64,000 nt of DNA from NCBI RefSeq assembly GCF_001194135.2, contig NC_068983.1, forward strand, positions 29,172,857-29,236,856, read 5' to 3'. Shown here piece by piece: positions 12,471 to 23,505 of this stretch. The notes beneath the pieces were generated by a model. The model did not search any database, was not told where the DNA came from, and saw only the letters and a program-made list of their open reading frames with translations. How positions within the stretch are numbered: the stretch's first letter is position 1; each line of letters opens with the position of its first letter. Made by a program: the position numbers and the translations under genes. This DNA comes from Octopus bimaculoides. Taxonomy: Eukaryota.

Positions 12471-13133
12471 CTCAAGAGTAGAAAATAGACGTTAAATGAT
12501 GACGATGATGATGATGATGACAATGATACGAGAGAGAGAGAGAGAGAGAGAGAGGCGGAGAGAGATAGAGAGAAGAAGAGAGAGGAGAAAAAGGAATTAA
12601 AGGAGTGAAGTGAATGAACAGACAAACAGGCAGATAGACACACATGCCTGTACATTACATATCCAATAAAGATTTGTTGATTTTTTTTTTGTTTTGTTTT
12701 GCGTTAGTTTTTACAAATACAAACGTTTTTACAAATACAAAAATATATTAAATCTTTTGGGGTAATTTATGCTTGATCAGTTCAATGCAAAATCTTCAAT
12801 TGCTTACATTGCTAAACATGCCAATAATCACGAATAGCTGAACAAAAAATGCAATTAGTGGAACCAGTTCTGAAAATAAGTAATGGCAAACTGATCTTGA
12901 GAATGATACTATTAACAGATCTCTGTCTTATAATAATAGGAAATAAGAAAAACAGAGAAAATACAAAGGGAAAAAAACTCCAACAACAAAGGAATGTTAA
13001 GAATATTAAAAAAAAAAAATCTTCTGAGGCACCAAAACTGCTGCCAACTATGAAGTCTTTTAGGTTGTTTGTTCCAAACATGGAATGGAATTTCATTAAA
13101 AATGATTTCTTTAATTATTTCTTTCAAAATGAG

Positions 13134-13165
<32 letters not shown>

Positions 13166-15372
13166 TATATATATCTTCGGGGAATAATTTGTAAAGTTAT
13201 TCAAGTAAAGGTTTTCAGCTTTGATTTCCATTCTGGTTTGAGTAAAAATTGTTTTACTCTTCTACTGAATTTTATGATTGTGTATGCTCATTATAATATT
13301 AGTAATTGCTAAATTCTGCCTAAATTTTATCATTCTATCTATCTCTGTAAGTATTATGTGTGCAAGTACATATTTAAATATACATATACTGACATAAATA
13401 TACACACACTCACACACATACATACATGCCTGCCTGCATCTATGTATGTGTGTGTATATACATCTGTTGGAAGTATGCATCATGTGTATTGTGTATGTGT
13501 GTGTGTTTGTGCATGTGTGTGAGTATGTATGAATTGTAATAATTTCTGCTATTCTTACTAAGAACAAGCTCCATGGCTAGAATTTGGATAACAATAATGA
13601 GTTGAACTTTTAAAAGTTTTGCATACTTATACTGTTCTGCTTATAGATCATGTTTACAAGTTGTGTGTTAAATCATCGGTCCCAGCCTTTTATGCACCAT
13701 GGATTGGTTCCATACAAAACAATTTTACCATGGACATGCATAACATGCATATAACATGCATCATCATCATCAACATCGTTTAACATCCGCTTTCTATGCT
13801 AGCATGGGTTGGACGATTTGACTGAGGACTGGCAAGCCAGAAGTTTGCACCAAGCTCCAATCTGATCTGGCAGAGTTTCTACAGCTGGATGCCCTTCCTA
13901 ACGCCAACCCCTCCAAGAGTGTAGTGGATGTTTTTATGTGCCACTGGCATGACGGCCAGTCACACAGTACTGGCAATGGCCTCGCTCAAAAAGGTGTTTT
14001 TTACGTGCCACCTGCAAGGGAGCCAGTCCAGCGGCACAATGCATAACAATGACGCAAAGATAACATGCATAACAATGATGTGCATAATATGTAATAAATT
14101 ATAGCTTATATAATACATATATAATGGTCATCATCATCATCATTTAATGTCTATTGTCCATGCTGGCATGGGTTGAACAGTTTGACCAGAGCTGGCAAGC
14201 TGAGAGCTGCTCTAGACTCCAGTTTGATTTGATAGGGTTTCTACAGCTGGATGTCCTTCCTAACACTAACCACTTTACAGAGTGTGCTGGCTGCTTGTAC
14301 GTTGCACCACACAGGCACTTTTACACAGTTACATGTAGAATTTTATATGTGTACATGTTTGAACGTTGGCATCACTGATTTGTAATAATTAAGTGTAAAA
14401 TCCAATTTTAACAGTTCATAAATGTTGGAGGTCACCAGTCATAATACACACACACACACATACATATATACGATGGGCTTCTTTCAGTTTCCGTCTACCA
14501 AATCCACTCACAAGGCTTTGGTCGGCCCGAGGCTATAGTAGAAGACACTTGCCCAAGGTGCCACGCAGTGGGACTGAACCCGGAACCATGTGGTTGGTAA
14601 GCAAGCTACTTACCCCACAGCCACTCCTACGCTTGTATGGTAGTAAAATTCATTATTGTGTGACTACTAGAGAGAGAAAGAGTAAGAGAGTCTAGGTAGG
14701 TAAAAAAAAAAAAGTAAGAGCTCTAGTGTCATACGTTGACAAGATTACTTGAAGTGAAAGATATTCTCTGACCAGAGGCTAAGGGTCCAGAGAGGCAGAA
14801 CTGAGTTTTGGTCATTCTTTTATTCTTTTACTTGCTTCAGTCATTAGACCATGGCCATGCAGGAGCACTGTCTTGAAGAATTTTAGTTAAACTAATCAAC
14901 ACCAGGACTTATTTTTTAAAGCCTGGTACTTATTCTATCGGTCTCTTTGGCCAGGGAAATAAACACACCAACACCAGTTGTCAAGTGGTGGTGGAGGACA
15001 AACACAGACACAATGACATGCACACATAGATATATATATATATATATATATATATCATCATCATCGTTTAACGTCCACTTTCCATGCTGGCATGGGTTAG
15101 ACAATTTGACTGAGGACTGGCAAACCAGAAGGCTGCACCAGGCTCCAATCTGATCTGGCAGAGTTTTTACAGCTGGATGCCCATCCTAACGCCAACCGCT
15201 CTGAGAGTATAGTGGGTGCTTTTACATGCCACCGGCACGAGGGCCAGCCAGGCAGTACTGGCAACGGCCAAATTCAAGTGGCGTTTTTTACGTGCCATAA
15301 TAACAATAATAATAATAATTATTATAATAATAATAATATATATATATATATATTCATACATACACACATATA

Positions 15373-16069
15373 CAGGGTGTGATAGGTAAATTGTCACCAA
15401 TATATATCTTTAATTTTAGGCATGTGCATTGTTTGTTTTTAATTTTGCTGACTACACAGTATAGTAGAGTCAGTTGGGCACCGTCTATGAGAAAAACAGC
15501 ACCATGGTGTAATTCACTCTGCCAGAAATTTGGAAACAACATGCTGAATTGCTTGACATTCATGCCAGAAGCTCCAATATGAACATTTCAGAGAATTAGG
15601 TGTCAATTTGAGCCCCCAGAATATGAACCAAGAATGATAAAAAATCCAACATCCAGTCAACATCATGGTGTTTGGAGTGATCATTAGTGATGGTGATGTT
15701 ATGCCTCCATTCATCTTCCCACATGGCCTCAGACTCAACATGGATGTCTACATCAAGTTCCTGGAGGAGGTAGTGCTACTCTGGGTAAAGAGGGTGGCTG
15801 CTGGAAAACCCTATGTCTGGCAACAGGACTCTGCACCATGCCACACAAGCAGGAGAACCCGGTCATGGTTGTCAGACAATTTCTGCTAGCACATCACCCC
15901 TAACATTTGGCCATCTAACCCCAGACTGCAACCTCCTTGATTATTATGTGTGGGGCACAGTTGAGCAAGGGACCAACAAAAGTCCTTGTAACACGAAAGA
16001 TGAACCGACGGTAAGGATTATGGCAACATTCACTAACTCAAACAAGGAGACCATCCAGAAGAGTTGCAG
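15373..16069 (+). pseudogene. maT-type (DD37D) Tc1/mariner transposase remnant with left TIR
   Basis: TA|CAGGGTG terminus. The translation MVFGVI...WQQDSAPCH...WP.N(S)PDCNLLDYYVWG has a stop and a 1-nt deletion. There are 37 residues between the second and third Asp after repair. Confidence 0.8.
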
Positions 16070-17042
16070 NNNNNNNNNNNNNNNNNNNNNNNNNNNNNNN
16101 NNNNNNNNNNNNNNNNNNNNNNNNNNNNNNNNNNNNNNNNNNNNNNNNNNNNNNNNNNNNNNNNNNNNNNNNNNNNNNNNNNNNNNNNNNNNNNNNNNNN
16201 NNNNNNNNNNNNNNNNNNNNNNNNNNNNNNNNNNNNNNNNNNNNNNNNNNNNNNNNNNNNNNNNNNNNNNNNNNNNNNNNNNNNNNNNNNNNNNNNNNNN
16301 NNNNNNNNNNNNNNNNNNNNNNNNNNNNNNNNNNNNNNNNNNNNNNNNNNNNNNNNNNNNNNNNNNNNNNNNNNNNNNNNNNNNNNNNNNNNNNNNNNNN
16401 NNNNNNNNNNNNNNNNNNNNNNNNNNNNNNNNNNNNNNNNNNNNNNNNNNNNNNNNNNNNNNNNNNNNNNNNNNNNNNNNNNNNNNNNNNNNNNNNNNNN
16501 NNNNNNNNNNNNNNNNNNNNNNNNNNNNNNNNNNNNNNNNNNNNNNNNNNNNNNNNNNNNNNNNNNNNNNNNNNNNNNNNNNNNNNNNNNNNNNNNNNNN
16601 NNNNNNNNNNNNNNNNNNNNNNNNNNNNNNNNNNNNNNNNNNNNNNNNNNNNNNNNNNNNNNNNNNNNNNNNNNNNNNNNNNNNNNNNNNNNNNNNNNNN
16701 NNNNNNNNNNNNNNNNNNNNNNNNNNNNNNNNNNNNNNNNNNNNNNNNNNNNNNNNNNNNNNNNNNNNNNNNNNNNNNNNNNNNNNNNNNNNNNNNNNNN
16801 NNNNNNNNNNNNNNNNNNNNNNNNNNNNNNNNNNNNNNNNNNNNNNNNNNNNNNNNNNNNNNNNNNNNNNNNNNNNNNNNNNNNNNNNNNNNNNNNNNNN
16901 NNNNNNNNNNNNNNNNNNNNNNNNNNNNNNNNNNNNNNNNNNNNNNNNNNNNNNNNNNNNNNNNNNNNNNNNNNNNNNNNNNNNNNNNNNNNNNNNNNNN
17001 NNNNNNNNNNNNNNNNNNNNNNNNNNNNNNNNNNNNNNNNNN

Positions 17043-17077
<35 letters not shown>

Positions 17078-17353
17078 GTATGTATATATATACATACATA
17101 TACACAAATATGAAAATATGAGGGGTTTAGTTCACTGGTGATCTAAATGAATAGGTACACTGAGTAAGTGCTATAAGTGGTCATCCATTAGGTTCCAAGT
17201 TCACAGCTGAGGCTGGCAAAAGGGATCTGTAGTAGGCTTCCAAATTAGCAGGTATATATTATAAGGTAGAATGAGTATCTCAAGTCATTTACAATATTTA
17301 ATTAGAGTAGCTGAATTTGAAGTAATCAATTAATTCATTAATTAATTCTTGGA

Positions 17354-17430
17354 TGTCTTACAGCTGGTTCTAGAATATCCCAAGTGATAAGTTAGCATCT
17401 CCATACACTGGTATTCTGTCATCAGTGATA
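17354..17430 (-). ncRNA. Degenerate hammerhead motif in the left arm of the same inverted repeat
   Basis: The reverse complement reads TATCA-CTGATGA-C-AGAATA...TATTCT-A-GAAC-CAGCTG-T-A-AGACA. Helix II is perfect, but GAAA is changed to GAAC and helix I is mutated. Confidence 0.45.
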
Positions 17431-17766
17431 AGGTGAGTATTTATGAAAGTTCTAGACCGGGAATTCACAGTTTATAAAGGAATAAAATAGTAGATAGAAT
17501 AAAGAGTAAAACAATAGACAGAAGAATACAGACAGGACAATAATGTTCACAGTTTGCACTTCCATGAAGGTGTAAGTCCTTAAGGGTCTATACCTTCATG
17601 GAAGTACGGACCAACCACCATACCCTCTGGAAGAAGATGAGCTGTGAACTTTATTCTTCTGTCTGTATTTACCTAGCTACTGTTTTAATCTTTATTCTTC
17701 TATCTAATCCTTTATTTGTTTATAAACTGTGAATTCCCTGTCTAGAACTTTCGTACATACTCACCT

Positions 17767-17844
17767 TGTCTCTGATGACGGAATACACAGTGTATGGAGA
17801 TGCTTACCTAGCCCTTGGGATATCCCAGAAACAGTTGTAAGACA
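17767..17844 (+). ncRNA. Type I hammerhead ribozyme-like motif in the right arm of an inverted repeat
   Basis: TGTCT-CTGATGA-C-GGAATA...TATCCC-A-GAAA-CAGTTG-T-A-AGACA. Helix I is a perfect 5 bp, helix III is the near-palindrome ACAGTTGT, and the cleavage triplet is GUA. Confidence 0.6.
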
Positions 17845-17995
17845 TCTAATAATGAATTAATTAACTAATTAATTAATTACATCAAATTCGCCTGCTCTAA
17901 TTAAATATTCTAAATGACTTAAGATACTTGTCCTGCCTTGGTTTTTGTTGTCTTTTTCCTTCTAATATATGTGTGCAAGCATGTGTGTTTGTGTG

Positions 17996-18038
<43 letters not shown>

Positions 18039-18334
18039 ACACGGACATGTGTGTGTATGATGGGCCTTTTATCAGTTTCTGTCAATCAAATTCATTCACA
18101 AGGCTTTGGTTGGTTTAGTGGTATAGTAGAAGTTACTTTCCCAAAGTGCTATGCAGTGGGATTGAACCCTAGGATGAAATGGTTGGGAAACAAACTTCTT
18201 AGTCATGAAGCCATGTCTACATCTCACCATCTCACAGCAACATCTGCACCCAAACTCAGTTGGGATAATTACCAGGTGACGGATACTTCTGAATATGAAG
18301 AAACCGTGTTTATCATATGTGCCATACAGGAAAA

Positions 18335-18370
<36 letters not shown>

Positions 18371-20019
18371 TGTATGTATGTATGTATGTATACACACACA
18401 TATACACATACATTGATTTATCTTAAATGTAATTAAAATTACAAAGAGAAGAAATAACATCAATAATGATAAAGAAAAGAGATATTTTTCTTTTCTCTCC
18501 TTTCATATAAAACTGAAATTGCCCTTTCTGAAAGAAACAAACATTACTTCCTTTGAAAGGTTTGCATAGAAAATTGGTTTAGGAAATCCACTAGATTGAT
18601 TGCTGTATTAAATAAATTGCTACTTAAGATCAGTTTTGGGAGTTTTATTTGCTTCAGAGTTCCACAACAGGAAGAAGGAAAAGATATGTATGTGAGCATA
18701 AATAAAGATTTCTCACATTTGTACATACCACAAATTTTTATAGGAGTATAATCAATTGGGCTACCCCTGGGGGGATGAACATTAAAAATTACCTCAGTGC
18801 AATTTGAGATATAAGCCTATAAAATACCGATTTGTTACAAATTTGGGTAGGAGGATTATAATCAATTTAGTAAATGCTAAAGAGATGAAAGGTTAAGTTG
18901 CCTCAGTGAGAATAAACATATAATCTTTTATTCATAAACCTTTTTATTTTATATTCTTTTTTACTCATTTCAGTCACTGGACTACAACCATGTTGTGGCA
19001 CTGCCTTGGAGCATATAGTTGATCAAGTCAATTCCACCACTTATTTTTAAGTTTAATACTTATTATATTGGACTCTTTGCTGAACTGTTAAGTCATAGAA
19101 ATATAAACAAAGCCAACATAGGTTGTCAAGTAGTAAGAGACAAACACTCATACACACATGCACACATACACACATGCACACACACACACACACACACTCA
19201 TACATACATGCACACACATACATGCATGCACACACGCATGCACACACAAACATGTGTGATATGCTTCCTATCAGTTTTGTATTATTGAATTCACCAAGGA
19301 TTATTGTAGAATACAACATTCTTGGGTGTTGGCCCAGGATTATTGAATAAAACACATACCCAAGGTGCAGTACAAAGGGATTAAAGCTGAAACAACATTG
19401 GTTGCAAAGTGAACCCTTTAACCAGACACCCACGGCCTCACCTCTCTATCTCTATGAAATAGTGATTTCCCACATTAGCACACAGTCAGAAATTATTAGG
19501 TGATAGGGGTAGGTGAATTAATCAATAACCCTGTAACAGTGGTTTCAAATTTTGGCACAAGGCCAGCAAGTTCAGGGGAAGGGTCATTTATATTGATCCT
19601 AGTGTTCATATAGTTATTTTTATTTTTAAGTCTAATATTTATTTTTACTTATTTTTATTGACCCAGAAAGGATGAAAAGCAAAGTCAACCTCAGCAGAAT
19701 TTGAACTCAGAATGCAAAGATAGATGAAATGCCACTAAGCATTTTTGGCATCTGTCAGCTCTCCACCTTAAATCAACCTTAAAATCAATCTTAGCAGGGT
19801 TTGAACTCAGAAAGTCAGTGGTGTAAAATGAGGTGTGTATAACATGAAAGACAATACAGGGGCTACCACTTTATATCCTGTTGGCAAAGGTATACTATAT
19901 TTAAGGAAAGAGGTAGACAATTTGGTTATGCACAGGACAGCTCAAACCCACACTATATCACTGCAGAAAGTGAGGAATTATGAATAATATTCCAAATAAT
20001 TGTTTGTGTTATCATCATC

Positions 20020-20680
20020 ACCATCATCGTCATTATCATCATCAACATTATTTAATGTTCATTTTCCATGCTGACATTGCTTGGATGGTTTGACAGAAAC
20101 TGGCCAGCTGAAGAGCTGCCCAGGCTCTGATTGTCTGTTTTGGAATGGTTTCTATGATTGGATGCCCTTCTAACACCAAACACTTTACAGAGTGTACTGG
20201 GTGCTTTTACACAGCACTGGCACAGATGCATTTATGTGGCACCAGTATGGATGTTTTCTTACATGGCTCCAGCACCTACAAGATTAGGAACACTCAGCTG
20301 GAGAGGGATGCTGGAGATATGTCTGTGTACAAGGACAACCATGCTTTTACTTAGTTTGATGTGTCTTCTCAAATACAGCAAACTGCCAGGAGCCTCGGTC
20401 CCCTGTCATCCCCTATGTAAGGCCCATTGTCTGTAGATCCTTTCTCACCACTTCATACCATGTCTTCCTGGATCAAGCCCTTCCACATGTCCTCTCCACA
20501 ATTAGAGATTAGCACCTCTTGATGCAACTGTCTTCATTCATATGCATTACATGACTGCACCAGTGCAGTCTTCTCTCTTGCACACCACGTCTGATGCCTC
20601 ATATACCCAGTTTTCCTCTCAAATCACTTACACTCTGATGTATATGCACACTGACATTACCCATCCAGAGGAGTATACCA
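20020..20680 (-). mobile_element. RTE-clade LINE 3' end: ORF2 C-terminus, 3' UTR and (GAT)n tail
   Basis: Minus-strand ...LRGKLGI*GIRRGVQERRLHW..HVMHMNEDSCIKRC...RKTWYEVVRKDL... is the same family as 52263-53433 and runs into the family C UTR. Confidence 0.8.
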
Positions 20681-21121
20681 ATTAAATGAATTTATGAATA
20701 TAAAATAATGATTTCTGGCCTAGACACAAACAAGGCTCAAAATGTTAGTAGTGAGAAACATAGTTGTTTTAATTTACTTCAGTACCTGACTAGTACTTTT
20801 CTTTTTACATTAGAAGACTGCAAATTGAAGCCAAACCAAGCAGGATTTGAACTTACCAATTTTGCCAATTAGTCACAGATAAAAGGTCATGTACATTAGA
20901 TGTAATGCAACATGTTTAAAAATCAACCTCAAATTTGTTTACTATAGACTGATGTTTCTCTACCATTTTTTGTCTATGGACCCCTAAGATTTCTATTTTA
21001 CTCAGAAGGCCCCTCATAGCGATTTGATATTAAAAAAACTCTTATTGTATTTTTATAATTAGATATTATAAGGATTTTTATTTTTAAAATTGTTAAAAAT
21101 ATCAAGTGCTTTGTAGAAGTA

Positions 21122-21581
21122 CCGTATATACTTGACTATAAAACGCCTTTGCCTATAAGACTTACAAGGTTAGGGTTAGGGTTAGGATTAGGGTTAGGAT
21201 TTTAGGGTCAGGGTTAGGGGGTTAGGGTTAGGGTTTTAGGGTTAAGGTTAAGGTTTTAGGGTTAGGGTTAGGGTTTTAGGGTTCGGGTTAGTGTTGGGGA
21301 AAAAAGTCAAAATTGAAGAATTTGGTGGGAGGAGGGGGGTAATTTAACAATACCGATTTTTGGCAATTTTCCGGAATCTCCGTATCCAAAAACGAGTTTT
21401 TGGCAAAAAAAAATTTTTAATAAACAAATTTGGGAGAAAATGACGGGTGGGGCGAGGGCGGAAGTCTTTCCGAAAAAATCTTAGGATTTTTTTATAGGAT
21501 GCGCTTATAAGTCACACCCACAACTTTAGGTGAAAATTTCAGGTAAAAAAAAATGTGCGACTTATAGCCGAGTATATACGG
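21122..21581. mobile_element. Tc2/pogo-like MITE carrying a (TTAGGG)n array
   Basis: TIRs CCGTATATACT(T/C)G.CTATAA with TA flanks on both sides. About 20 degenerate TTAGGG units lie at ~21169-21292. It appears nested in an older hAT-like MITE (~20948-21668). Confidence 0.85.
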
Positions 21582-21886
21582 TATAACTAATTTATTTCAT
21601 ATATATTTTAACAACAAAATCTTAAATGGAACCTCACGAGTCATATAGAACTAAGTTGAGAACCAGAGTCAAAGGCAATGAGCAATTAAAAATCAGCTGG
21701 CGAATTTTAAAATGGACCTAATAAATACCAGAAACATCTCTCAAATATGCTGAAAGTATTCTTTACGAATGAATAATTCTTATAAGCATTATTTATCAGT
21801 TGTCAAAATAAACTGTAAATGTATATAATCTACTTTACGATGGATTGATTTATCACCGAGCAAATACGAAACTATAGCGGCTGAAA

Positions 21887-21949
21887 ATTGGTCTCTGACT
21901 TTTCGCAAAGTATTGTGGGATTGTCGTTTGTATTGTTCAACAGCGGGAA
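21887..21949 (+). promoter_or_regulatory. Candidate TICRR proximal promoter: inverted CCAAT (ATTGG 21887-21891) and E2F-like GCGGGAA (21943-21949)
   Basis: Both motifs lie in a CpG-retaining stretch 200-270 bp upstream of the ATG. E2F plus NF-Y is typical of G1/S replication genes. The motifs are short, so a chance match is possible. Confidence 0.35.
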
Positions 21950-22153
21950 GTTTGTAAAAAAAAAAAATGTAAATTTTATTTATGAACTTTGCTCTCTTGA
22001 ACTTGGAAATACTGGTCTTCTTTTTTCACTGAAAATTGTTTGTAAGTTAGTGCTTGTATAAAAAAACATATTACTTAAAATGGATATTGATGAATAAGAT
22101 GTGTAAACAAACAGGAAATCTTTAACTTCGTGTTGGTTTAATTTTCTGTAGAA

Positions 22154-23173
22154 ATGTATATCGATCGCCGTCAAAAATATCAAGTGGTTTTTCTTATTGA
22201 TAAATCACTGAAAAATATTCGTCCTGCATCTAACAATAGTGAAAGAAGTCAACAGAAGAATTCCAGTCATAAATTTAGTGAGGTTTCGTCTCCGAAGTCT
22301 GGATCTCAGAACTGCTGTTGTCATCCACCGAAATCATATTCATGGAAATCCATATCTGTATCATCATTTCGTATTCTTTCTTATCTGTTTTCACAGATTC
22401 AACCTCACGTTATTTCAGATCACGACACCTCAAGCTCTGCTAATGATATCAGTTCAAATTTAAACAGTCGTTTAAGCGGTGCTGTTAATCATTTGGTCGG
22501 TAATAGTAACCAGTGTAACGATCCAAATGACTGTTCGGCCGAAAACTTAAAGGAACAGAGTCAACAGATCGTGTATTTGAAACGGAAACAGGCATCGCTC
22601 CAGTGGGGTTATAAATTTTTTGACTCTGGAAAACTCACCGGTAAGACTGAACATCACAAATTCAACGACTTCAAACTTAGACATTTCGAAGAATTCGAAA
22701 AAGAATTACAAAGAGAGTTCGAAGATGATGGTTCCAGCGCGCCGACCCAATCAGGGAGTAAAGTTGTTGACAGCAAGGTCAACAGTGGACATTCTTCCGA
22801 AAGGAGGAAGTCGAACAGTCCATCAGCAGCTGAATGTTTGAAAAGGACTTTATCCTATGCTGTCTACGACTTCCATTGGGAAAGTCCAGACATCACGTCT
22901 CCCGTCAGGAAGATCGGAAGGAGTAGTATTCGGTCTTCCAGAAAACACAGTGCCATTGTTTCAAGTGAGGTTTCTCCACACAACTTAGTCTTTCTTTTCC
23001 AGAAATGTCCGACATCTAAAATGGAATTCAAAGACTTTGCTGCTAAACTTGTTGTTGATTCAGAAGTGTTTTTGGACTCGTTCATGCCTCCGGCTCTGTT
23101 TAGAGAATTTCGAGTTAATCGAAACCTATCACTTTATTGGGTTGACCAAGATTGGTTAAAGCATGAGGAAAAG
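22154..23173 (+). CDS. TICRR: Treslin/TICRR coding exon 1 (N-terminal CIT/vWA-like region), 340 codons
   Basis: The ORF contains VVFLID...RILSYL...LQWGYKFFDS...FEEFEKEL...LYWVD, matching the Treslin N-terminal pattern (human LLLD...RLLTYL...HWAFKFFDS...WEDFEEEL...HWVD, from recall). It ends at AAG|GCAAGA (GC donor, phase 0). The ORF otherwise runs into an (ATT)n stop 27 nt later. Confidence 0.9.
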
Positions 23174-23355
23174 GCAAGAAATTATTATTATTATTATTAA
23201 TATTATTGTTGTTTGTTATTGTTTTTCTACTTTCCTCCAAGTTGACCCTGGATCTAGATATTAACCGATCGTACAGACCTGTAATTAAAGCTTATTTTGG
23301 TAAAATATATTTTTTCTGATTAACCCTCAGTCACACTTGATTGAGAAGGCCTGTA

Positions 23356-23505
23356 GGTAATTTTTCAGATTAACACCCGCACGATCTTCACTAGGGTTTT
23401 AGAGTTACGGTTAGGGGCGGAATTCCCTAACCCAAACCCTAAAACACTAACCCTGACCCTAACACCCTAGTGAAGATCGTGCGTGTGTTAATCTGAAAAA
23501 TTACC
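23356..23505. mobile_element. 150-bp MITE with 8-bp TSD (GGCCTGTA), Merlin-like
   Basis: ~43-bp TIRs starting GGTAA. The TSD is at 23348-23355 and 23506-23513. The interior is TTAGGG/CCCTAA-like. Confidence 0.85.

Larger units (their letters stand above)
17263..17939. mobile_element. ~680-bp inverted repeat (arms ~17263-17552 and ~17641-17939), probably head-to-head Penelope-like LTR fragments
   Basis: The arms align as reverse complements at roughly 80% by eye. The spacer holds a perfect 14-bp hairpin (17558-17571 / 17592-17605). No TSD was seen. Confidence 0.65.

Noticed and set aside
21169-21292. True telomere or chromosome-fusion scar
   Set aside because: The array is short, degenerate and enclosed by MITE TIRs with TA flanks.
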